A stretch of DNA of 10,671 bases from Sulfurimonadaceae bacterium (lineage in GTDB: Bacteria; Campylobacterota; Campylobacteria; Campylobacterales; Sulfurimonadaceae), in NCBI GenBank assembly GCA_041562555.1, contig JBFEXS010000077.1, positions 1 through 10,671 of the forward strand. The letters are read 5' to 3'. The notes under the pieces were generated by a model. The model made no database searches and was not told the DNA's origin. It worked only from the letters and a program-made list of their open reading frames with translations. A program made the translations under genes and the position numbers. This document shows, piece by piece, positions 1 to 6,804 of the stretch (its first letter is position 1; the number at the start of each line of letters is the position of its first letter).

Positions 1-1
1 A

Positions 2-439
2 ATATTAGCAGAGTTAAAAAAAATAAATGACCATAACACTAGTTCAAAAAAATACGGAATAGCTTTTCTGGTACTTATTGGTTTTTTAATTATTTTTGAT
101 GTTTTCGTTAAAGTTCAAGTGAAAAATGAAGAAAAAAAGTACTATGAAAATCAAAATAAATTACTTGAATCTCGTAATGCAGATATTCCTCTATGGCAAG
201 AAGTTCAGAATAAATTGAATGCTGATGATGTTAATGGGGCTATTGAAATATTAAAAAAATCAGTAGACAGTAATCCTGACAACTATTACAATCAAGGAAG
301 ACTCGCTGAGTATTATTTGAGAGCAAAAAATTATGAAAAAGCTCTAGAACATTATAAACACGCATATAGTTTAGTGCCACATGAAGACTATAAAGAAATG
401 ATCGAAATAGTGGAGAAACTACTTGAAAAGAACTCCTAA
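2..439 (+). CDS. Integron cassette 1 gene (5'-truncated): membrane-anchored TPR-repeat protein
   Basis: The frame is open from position 2 (ILAELKKINDHNTSSKKYGIAFLVLIGFLIIFDVFVKVQVKNEE...), so the GTG at 119 is probably not the real start. Hydrophobic stretch GIAFLVLIGFLIIFDVFV is followed by TPR-like helices (AIEILKKSVDSNPDN...RLAEYYLRAKNYEKALEHYKHAYSLVP). The stop TAA (437-439) lies inside the TAAC core of attC1. Very AT-rich. Confidence 0.8.
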   Translation: MLAELKKINDHNTSSKKYGIAFLVLIGFLIIFDVFVKVQVKNEEKKYYENQNKLLESRNADIPLWQEVQNKLNADDVNGAIEILKKSVDSNPDNYYNQGRLAEYYLRAKNYEKALEHYKHAYSLVPHEDYKEMIEIVEKLLEKNS

Positions 440-505
440 CAAACCAAAGGAGACCAATCAAAAACCCGCGGGCGGCTTTTTGATTGCTCATTTTAAACGT
501 TATAG
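434..505 (+). mobile_element. Integron attC site 1 (72 bp)
   Basis: R'' TCCTAAC (434-440), 5-nt spacer, arm AAAGGAGACCAATCAAAAA, GC-rich loop, arm TTTTTGATTGCTCATTT, 5-nt spacer, R' GTTATAG (499-505). Imperfect palindrome starting at a gene's stop codon. Confidence 0.9.
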
Positions 506-893
506 AACAAGGAAATTATATGCCTAATTTAGGAAAACCAACTGCCATCCATATCGAAAACTGTGAAGATGTTACACTTGAAAATAATAAAGGGTATGGT
601 GATATGAATCTTATTGTTGCCAAGAACTCTAAAGATATTAAAGGCTCTGGCAATGAGCTTTTTACAGAACATAACCATACTGAGCCTGATAAATCATGGA
701 TGAAACCATTGATGATTACAATTGTTGGTGGGCTGATTGTCGCAGCTATTACAGTCTTTGTCTTTGAACCGTGGAACCATGACGATAAAAGCACGGTGCA
801 GATGTCTGTCAAAAGTACTAAATAAATCTATAACAAGCCGAAGGAGACCAATCAAAAAACCGCGGGTGGCTTTTTGATTGCTCATTTGAAACG
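500..893 (+). mobile_element. Complete integron gene cassette 2 (394 bp)
   Basis: Bounded by G/TT crossover points at 499/500 and 893/894. The cassette-start GTTATAGA (499-506) is the exact reverse complement of its own R'' TCTATAAC (827-834), as expected for a unit that circularises. Confidence 0.85.
520..825 (+). CDS. Cassette 2 gene: 101-aa hypothetical protein with a beta-helix-like N-terminus and one transmembrane helix near the C-terminus
   Basis: ATG at 520 with RBS AAGGA (509-513). The TTG at 484 in the ORF track lies inside attC1. Pattern TAIHIENCEDVTLENN resembles a parallel beta-helix turn, and PLMITIVGGLIVAAITVFVF is a likely TM segment. Confidence 0.75.
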   Translation: MPNLGKPTAIHIENCEDVTLENNKGYGDMNLIVAKNSKDIKGSGNELFTEHNHTEPDKSWMKPLMITIVGGLIVAAITVFVFEPWNHDDKSTVQMSVKSTK

Positions 894-899
894 TTATCT
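828..899 (+). mobile_element. Integron attC site 2 (72 bp), last site of the array
   Basis: R'' CTATAAC (828-834) to R' GTTATCT (893-899). Matches attC1 at 62/67 positions (437-503 vs 831-897) and has the same palindromic arms. Confidence 0.9.
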
Positions 900-963
900 G
901 CATCTTAACAGACCTTGCATTTATATGACACGCTGAAATAGTTTCAAAGTTTATCAGGCATTA

Positions 964-972
964 CGCTACAAT
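964..972 (+). promoter_or_regulatory. Putative sigma70 -10 box for radA
   Basis: cgcTACAAT upstream of RBS AGGAG and the TTG start at 999. The same context (cgcTATAAT) precedes pxpB and fliL. Confidence 0.5.
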
Positions 973-998
973 TCTCTCACTATGATTAGGAGTCTGAT

Positions 999-2348
999 TT
1001 GGCGAAGAAAAAAAAGAGCTTGTTTGAGTGTCAGCACTGTGGACTGACCTCTCCAAAATGGATGGGGAAATGTACCAACTGCGGTGCCTGGGACTCCATG
1101 GTCGAGCTGAACGAACAGGAGCAGGAAATCCTTAAGCTCACTTCGGCCTCTCCAGGAGGGAGTGCCAAAGCAAGACCGATTACCGAGATCGTCGAGACCG
1201 AGGTCGAACGTTTTTCTTCCAGTGATACGGAACTTGACCTTGTACTGGGTGGCGGGATCGTTCCCGGTTCACTGACCCTTATCGGAGGTAGCCCAGGTGT
1301 GGGTAAGTCTACCCTGCTTCTTAAGATATCCTCCAATGTCGCCAAGCAGGGAAAAAAGACCCTCTACGTCACAGGAGAAGAGTCCGAAGGACAGATCAAA
1401 CTCCGAGCCAATCGACTTAACGCCAACAACGAGAACCTCTTCTTACTGAGTGAGATCAGGCTTGAACAGGTCATGCTCGAACTCTCGTAACAGGCGTATG
1501 AATGTATCATCATCGACTCCATTCAGACCCTCTATTCAGAGACCATCACTTCCGCACCAGGATCAGTCACCCAGGTCAGACAGATCACCTTTGATCTGAT
1601 GCGCATCGCCAAAGAGAAGAAGATTGCAATCTTCATCATCGGTCATATCACCAAAGAAGGCTCTATCGCGGGACCACGTGTATTAGAGCATATGGTCGAT
1701 ACCGTACTCTATTTCGAGGGAGACTCTTCCCAGGAACTGCGTATTCTGCGCGGCTTCAAAAACCGTTTCGGTCCGACTTCGGAGATCGGTGTCTTTGAGA
1801 TGAAATCCGAAGGTCTGGTCTCTGCCAAGGATATCTCGTCGAAGTTCTTCTCAAAGAACAATGCCCAACCCGGATCTGCTCTCACGGTTATCATGGAGGG
1901 TTCACGCCCGATCATCCTTGAAGTACAAGCCTTGGTCTCCGACTCCTATGCACCAAACCCGAAACGTCAGGCGACAGGCTTTGAGAACAACCGTCTGAAT
2001 ATGCTTCTGGCTCTGCTTGAGCGTAAACTGGAGATACCGCTGAACCAGTATGATGTCTTTATCAACATCACCGGAGGGATAAAGATCACCGAGACCTCTG
2101 CCGATCTGGCTGTCTTGGCTGCTATCATCAGCTCTTTTAGAAACCGCGCGATCTCCAAAGAGACGATCTTCATCGGGGAAGTCTCCCTTGTCGGTGATGT
2201 CAGAGAGGTCTTCCAGCTTGATGCGAGACTCAAAGAGATCGCCATGCATAAGTTTTCCAAGGCCCTCATCGCCAAAAAGCCTTCCGACAGCTTTGGTCTT
2301 AAATGTTATGAAGTCAATGAAGTGACCAAGCTCATCGATTGGATGTGA
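999..2348 (+). pseudogene. radA: DNA repair protein RadA/Sms, interrupted by one in-frame TAA (1488-1490); either a pseudogene or a sequencing error
   Basis: Zn finger CQHC..CTNC, Walker A GSPGVGKST, and after the TAA the same frame continues QAYECIIIDSIQT (Walker B)..SAPGSVTQVR..GHITKEGSIAGPRVLEHMVD..KNRFG, then the Lon-like C-terminal domain. ORFs 999-1490 and 1599-2348 share one frame (449 codons in total). Confidence 0.9.
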
Positions 2349-2389
2349 GTTCGGTACAAGAACGCCAACTGCTTGGCGTTCGACCGAAC
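2349..2389. repeat. Long inverted repeat/hairpin immediately after the radA stop
   Basis: GTTCGGT (2349-2355) pairs with ACCGAAC (2383-2389) and encloses GAACGCCAA (2360-2368) / TTGGCGTTC (2373-2381) with a 4-nt loop. Confidence 0.85.
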
Positions 2390-2525
2390 AAAACCAAAGG
2401 CGATGTACGCTCGCGTACCGCCGACGGCTTAACATAATAAAGAAAGCGAAGCGCGCGTTCGAACGAAACCGTAGACGTTATGCCAAAGGCACCATCAAAG
2501 GCTTAGCATTAATAAGCGCGAAGCG
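2376..2525 (-). repeat. Two tandem structured repeat units (2376-2453 and 2455-2525); REP/MITE-like or structured RNA
   Basis: Each unit reads GCGTTCGAnCGAA, then an AAACC...GGCTT hairpin, an AT-rich linker and GCGAAGCG. The two hairpins have identical architecture with compensatory substitutions. Confidence 0.75.
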
Positions 2526-2552
2526 ACAACTTTCTTCCTTCTACAGACCCTA

Positions 2553-2561
2553 CGCTATAAT
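2553..2561 (+). promoter_or_regulatory. Putative sigma70 -10 box for the pxp operon
   Basis: cgcTATAAT about 35 bp upstream of the TTG start at 2596. Confidence 0.55.
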
Positions 2562-2595
2562 ACATCTATAAAACGACAAGGGACACACAATAACG

Positions 2596-3240
2596 TTGAA
2601 CACATCTTTCAGTCTTAAACATCTCAGTGAGACATCCATCGAATACAACTTTGACCAAGAGATCAATCTTGAGACCTCAAAGATGATATTGAGTCTGTTC
2701 TACACGCTTAAAAACAAGCTGGACACAAACGAATGGCACATAACGGATATCATACCTACCTATACGACTCTGGCAGTCTATTTCAGCGTTCACTCACCGC
2801 TTTTCAAGGACCCCGCTGCCCTTAACGCTCATCTCCAAAAAGCACTGCAGACCCCATATAGTTTTTCTGGCTCTAACTATGAAATAGATGTCTGTTATAC
2901 CGGTGCTGATGTCGATTATGTGTGCAGAGAGCTTTCTCTGAGCAAAAAAGATCTTATAGCTTTACATGCCAACCGACCCTACCCTATTGCTATGCTTGGT
3001 TTTCGTCCCTATTTCCCCTATCTTTTAGGCTTGGATAAGAAGCTTCATCTCCCCAGACGCAAGAGCCCACGAAAAAAGGTGCAAAAAGGTTCTGTAGCCA
3101 TCGGTGGTCTACAGACAGGGATCTATTCAGAAGACTCACCCGGAGGCTGGCATATCATAGGAGTGACAGACTTCGATGATTTTTCTTCCTTGCAGCCGGG
3201 AGATACCATTATGTTCAAAGCGAAGGAGAAGCTATGCTGA
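2596..3240 (+). CDS. pxpB: 5-oxoprolinase subunit B family (KipI / allophanate hydrolase subunit 1)
   Basis: Motifs LGFRPYFPYLLGL, PRRKSPR, GSVAIGGLQTGIY, SPGGWHIIG, PGDTIMF. Confidence 0.85.
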   Translation: MNTSFSLKHLSETSIEYNFDQEINLETSKMILSLFYTLKNKLDTNEWHITDIIPTYTTLAVYFSVHSPLFKDPAALNAHLQKALQTPYSFSGSNYEIDVCYTGADVDYVCRELSLSKKDLIALHANRPYPIAMLGFRPYFPYLLGLDKKLHLPRRKSPRKKVQKGSVAIGGLQTGIYSEDSPGGWHIIGVTDFDDFSSLQPGDTIMFKAKEKLC

Positions 3241-3917
3241 TCAACTGTGATATCGGTGAACGGGGTGTGGCCCATGAAGTCGACGATATGCTCATGGAAT
3301 ATATTGATATTGCGAATATTGCCTGCGGTGGTCATGCCGGAGACATAGAGAGTATTGGATACTACACCCGTTTGGCTAAAAAGCATGGTGTAAAGACAAC
3401 AGCGCACCTGAGCTATCCCGACAAGGAGAACTTCGGTCGTCATATTATGCAGATTTCCGAAACGGAGCTTCTAAAGGACCTAGAACAGCAGTATAACTTG
3501 ATAGGAGGTGTTGAAAGTGTCAAACTTCATGGGGCTTTGTATAACAAGGTCAACATTGATGAAGCACTTGCCGACACACTTGCGAGATGGATGAAGCAAC
3601 AAGGTGTCAAAGAGGTGTTAACGCCGCACCTCTCTGCCCTGGACCTTGCCTGTAAAGTCCATAGCATAACCTCGATACATGAAGCTTTTCTTGATCGGCG
3701 ATATATCTTTCAAGAAGGCAGGCTGCTCTTGGCCCCACGTAGTTTACCCGATGCACTTATCGAAGATGTAGACGAGGCCTTGCTTCAATACGAAGGCTTT
3801 AAAAAAGGACATATCTTCATTAAGGACAAACCACATTCGATCAAGGCACAGACCCTTTGTATCCACTCGGACTCGACGCATGCCTTGGATATTCTCAAGG
3901 CATTGAACAATGTTTAA
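3234..3917 (+). CDS. pxpA: 5-oxoprolinase subunit A (LamB/YcsF family)
   Basis: Motifs INCDIGE, ANIACGGHAGD, AHLSYPDKENFGR, VKLHGALYN, EAFLDRRY, TLCIHSD. RBS AAGGAG; overlaps the pxpB stop. Confidence 0.9.
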   Translation: MLINCDIGERGVAHEVDDMLMEYIDIANIACGGHAGDIESIGYYTRLAKKHGVKTTAHLSYPDKENFGRHIMQISETELLKDLEQQYNLIGGVESVKLHGALYNKVNIDEALADTLARWMKQQGVKEVLTPHLSALDLACKVHSITSIHEAFLDRRYIFQEGRLLLAPRSLPDALIEDVDEALLQYEGFKKGHIFIKDKPHSIKAQTLCIHSDSTHALDILKALNNV

Positions 3918-4734
3918 ACTCTCGGCAAACAGTCTCTACTTCGATGTCTCTTTGCCCCAAACCGGCCTTGCTCATCAGGGGATCTCACCCAAAGGAGCTT
4001 CCGACAGACTCTCTTTCTCAACGGCATATATCCTCTTGGGCGAGCCCAAGGATTTCAAAGCCGTAGAGATACTCTATACAAAGAACATCCGCTTTGATCA
4101 GGACCTTCTTATTACCCTTGTGGGGGCATCTTCCAGCCATCTTCATCTTGAACAGCTTCAAAACAGTTCTGAACTCACACCTGCGACCGTATATAAAGTC
4201 CAAAAAGGTGACATCCTGCATATAGGAGCCTATACAAAAGGAGCCAAACTCTATCTCCTCGCTACACCCTATAAAGAAAAAAACAAATACAGAGAAGGCC
4301 TCCAACGGGGGGCCTTCGATGCATGGTTTAGTCCACCGTCAACACATATGCGTTTCTTCAAGGGGCCGGAATATGAAATGTTGCAGAGTGATTTCTTTGC
4401 ATCCAGATGGCATATCTCAAACGAATCAGACCTCATGGGACTGCGGCTCGAAGGAGAAAGGCTAAAAGCAAATGCCTACGACATCATCTCCTCCGCCGTC
4501 ACAGAAGGGACAGTGCAATTGAGTGAGAAAGGGCCTATAGTGTTAATGTCCCACCACCAAACCACAGGAGGATATCCGCGTATTCTTCAACTCAGTGCTG
4601 TCGATATAAACACACTGGCACAATATCCCCTAGGGTCCTGTTTTAATACCGAACTGATCACTATTGAGTATGCCAAAGAACTGTTCTTGAAACAGTGCTA
4701 TGCCTTGGAAAAATTCAGGAATGCTTTTTTATAG
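3910..4734 (+). CDS. pxpC: 5-oxoprolinase subunit C family (KipA / allophanate hydrolase subunit 2), divergent
   Basis: Motifs GISPKGASD, SDLMGLRLEG, GTVQL..GPIVLM..HQTTGGYPRI. Overlaps the end of pxpA. Confidence 0.8.
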   Translation: MFKLSANSLYFDVSLPQTGLAHQGISPKGASDRLSFSTAYILLGEPKDFKAVEILYTKNIRFDQDLLITLVGASSSHLHLEQLQNSSELTPATVYKVQKGDILHIGAYTKGAKLYLLATPYKEKNKYREGLQRGAFDAWFSPPSTHMRFFKGPEYEMLQSDFFASRWHISNESDLMGLRLEGERLKANAYDIISSAVTEGTVQLSEKGPIVLMSHHQTTGGYPRILQLSAVDINTLAQYPLGSCFNTELITIEYAKELFLKQCYALEKFRNAFL

Positions 4735-4735
4735 C

Positions 4736-5530
4736 CTACCAGCCGATAAACAAAAAAAGTGAAGACAGGAAATAATTGGCAATGAAAATAGATACTGCCG
4801 AGTAGACAACAGCATGGATAGTCGCCCTCCCGACCCCTCGTGCTCCCCCTGAGGTAAAATATCCCATGTATGTTCCTATAGCACTTACGATAAACCCGAA
4901 TACTACGGCTTTTAGCAAACCGCTTCCTATATCAGAGAAATGTCCAAGCTGCATGATAGTATCCTGATAGGCAGTCGGGTTGATACCCAATACATGAATC
5001 GAGATCACATACGCACTGAAAATCGCGATAAAGTCAAAGACGATCACCAGCATCGGCAAGGAAAATGTCGTTGCAAGAATGCGCGGGACGATCAGATAAC
5101 TCTTGGAATCTACACCCAGGGTCTCAATTGCATCAATCTGCTCACTGACACGCATCGTCCCCAGTTCAGCTGCCATGGCACTGACAGCCCGGGAGATGAG
5201 CATCAAAGAAGCAAAGACAGGCCCCAGCTCTTTGGTGATGGAGACAAAGATCGTATACCCCATGAAACTCTCAACACCAAAATCATGAAACCCGTTATAC
5301 AGTTGTATTGCCTCGACCATGCCTGTAAACATCGCCGTCAACCCTACCACCCATATCGTACCAAGACCAATAATCTCGATCTGTTTAAATAGAAGTCTAA
5401 GGCGTGAAAAGGGCTTAAGCAAAAGAGGGAATAAACGTATCTGAAATACAATAAACGCACCCAAGCTTTCCAACAGTGTCACACTTGTCACAAAAGGGGA
5501 GCCAATAGCAGCGAAGAAGCGTTCAATCAT
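4736..5530 (-). CDS. mlaE: MlaE-family ABC transporter permease
   Basis: Multi-TM protein with KELGPVFASLMLISRAVSAMAAELGTMRVSEQIDAIETLGVD..YLIVPRILA and GGARGVGRAT. Confidence 0.9.
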   Translation of the reverse strand: MIERFFAAIGSPFVTSVTLLESLGAFIVFQIRLFPLLLKPFSRLRLLFKQIEIIGLGTIWVVGLTAMFTGMVEAIQLYNGFHDFGVESFMGYTIFVSITKELGPVFASLMLISRAVSAMAAELGTMRVSEQIDAIETLGVDSKSYLIVPRILATTFSLPMLVIVFDFIAIFSAYVISIHVLGINPTAYQDTIMQLGHFSDIGSGLLKAVVFGFIVSAIGTYMGYFTSGGARGVGRATIHAVVYSAVSIFIANYFLSSLFLFIGW

Positions 5531-5556
5531 CGATCATCCAAGCAATAAGTTAGTAG

Positions 5557-5565
5557 ATTGTAACG
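5557..5565 (-). promoter_or_regulatory. Putative -10 box for mlaE
   Basis: Minus strand cgtTACAAT about 27 bp upstream of the ATG. Confidence 0.4.
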
Positions 5566-5604
5566 AAATAACAGATAAATCACTCTGAAAGCTTCTATTA
5601 GGCC

Positions 5605-5632
5605 TTTACAAACATTTCTACTTCGCTATAAT
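5605..5632 (+). promoter_or_regulatory. Putative sigma70 promoter for fliL-acpS
   Basis: TTTACA (5605-5610), 16 bp, TATAAT (5627-5632), then RBS AGGAG. Confidence 0.55.
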
Positions 5633-5661
5633 AATGGTATATATGATAGTAGGAGTCCTTT

Positions 5662-6180
5662 ATGGCTGAAGAAGAAACAGAAGAACAGAGTACAGAAGAG
5701 AGTGGATCAACTAAGAAATCCAACCTTGTATTGATCATTATCATTGTAGCCCTTGTTCTCGTTTTACTTGTGGTCGGTGTTGTTGTCGCAATGCTTGTAG
5801 GTGGAGATGACGGTGAGCCGGCAGCTTCTTCATCTTCGGCAAAAGAAAAACCTGCCAAGATGATGGATGCGATGGAGGTCGGACCAATGTTCCCTCTTGA
5901 CACCTTTACCGTAAACCTCTTAAGTGATAGCGGACGCCGTTACTTGAAAGTACAGATGAACCTTGAACTTGACGGTGAAGAGCTCGCAGCCGAACTGGAA
6001 AGTAAAACTGCGGTGGTACGTGATGTGATTATTCGTCTGCTTTCATCCAAAACACTCGAGGAGATTTCTACCGCAAAAGGCAAAGAAAAGCTTAAAGAAC
6101 AGATTGTAGACCAATTGAACCTTCGTCTACGTGATGGAAATCTACGACAGGTTTATTTTACTGAGTTTGTTGTCCAGTAG
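5662..6180 (+). CDS. fliL: Flagellar basal body-associated protein FliL
   Basis: Acidic N-terminus, a single TM helix, FTVNLLSDSGRRYLK, VRDVIIRLLSSKT, GKEKLKEQI, VYFTEFVVQ. Confidence 0.95.
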   Translation: MAEEETEEQSTEESGSTKKSNLVLIIIIVALVLVLLVVGVVVAMLVGGDDGEPAASSSSAKEKPAKMMDAMEVGPMFPLDTFTVNLLSDSGRRYLKVQMNLELDGEELAAELESKTAVVRDVIIRLLSSKTLEEISTAKGKEKLKEQIVDQLNLRLRDGNLRQVYFTEFVVQ

Positions 6181-6192
6181 AGTCTCGTCTTT

Positions 6193-6552
6193 ATGATTGG
6201 TGTCGATCTCATAAGAATGGACAGGATGAAAGGTTCTATTGAGCGCTTTGGAGAGAAGTTTTTACAACGGTTCCTCTGCGAAGATGAGATTCTTCTAGTT
6301 AAAAACCATAAGACTGCAGCCGGATTTTGGGCAGCTAAGGAAGCCTGTTCCAAAGCGCTGGGAACGGGAATAGGAAAAGAGTGTGGCTTTCATGATATCC
6401 TACTTTCAAAAACGGACAGAGGTGCACCTGAGATAACTGTTTCTGAGGCTTTGATGCAAAGATTCAACATCATAGACAGTTCGGTTTCCATCAGCCATGA
6501 CGGGGATTATGCCATTGCTGTTGTAGCACTGGAAAGAGACAATAGAAATTAG
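6193..6552 (+). CDS. acpS: Holo-[acyl-carrier-protein] synthase
   Basis: Motifs IGVDLI, AGFWAAKEACSKALGTGIG, SISHDGDYAIA. Adjacent to fliL, as in Campylobacter and Helicobacter. Confidence 0.95.
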   Translation: MIGVDLIRMDRMKGSIERFGEKFLQRFLCEDEILLVKNHKTAAGFWAAKEACSKALGTGIGKECGFHDILLSKTDRGAPEITVSEALMQRFNIIDSSVSISHDGDYAIAVVALERDNRN

Positions 6553-6553
6553 A

Positions 6554-6757
6554 TCAACCGCCGCCTACAAAGTCTAAAAGCTCGACTTTGTCTCCATTGT
6601 GAAGTGTATGTGTATCCCAGGAATCTTGCTTGATAATATTCATATTCACTGCGGCTGCCATCACTTTATCTGTAATACTCAAAGCATTCATCATCTCTAA
6701 AAGGGTAATATTCTTTTGATACTCTTTTTCTTCACCGTTTACGATTACCGTCACCAT
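6554..6757 (-). CDS. thiS: Sulfur carrier protein ThiS
   Basis: 67 aa with IVNGE, AAAVN and GDKVELLDFVGGG (C-terminal Gly-Gly). Confidence 0.9.
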   Translation of the reverse strand: MVTVIVNGEEKEYQKNITLLEMMNALSITDKVMAAAVNMNIIKQDSWDTHTLHNGDKVELLDFVGGG

Positions 6758-6804
6758 AATTCCTATCCTTTAATATCCATAGTTTTTCAAAATATATTTC
6801 TGGA

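Noticed and set aside
434..899. The two direct repeats as a CRISPR array or intrinsic terminators
   Set aside because: They are 72 bp long, separated by a whole gene, and have TAAC/GTT cores with attC spacing. The T-runs are part of the paired arm.
240..903. Minus-strand ORFs 240-491 and 694-903 sharing MSNQKA.RGFLIGLL, and ORF 516-812
   Set aside because: The shared peptide is a translation of the attC repeat; all are antisense shadows of the cassette genes.
1599..2348. Independent gene for a RadA C-terminal fragment
   Set aside because: Same frame as the upstream part, no clear RBS, and the intervening DNA encodes Walker B. It is one interrupted gene.
2387..2400. AACAAAACCAAAGG resembles the start of attC1 (AACAAACCAAAGG)
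   Set aside because: Short, A-rich match with no similarity beyond it; likely chance.
2427..2483. Possible third attC (GCTTAAC ... GTTATGC) inside the post-radA element
   Set aside because: The cores look plausible, but the interior has no complementary L boxes or palindrome and there is no cassette gene. The tandem-hairpin model explains the region better.
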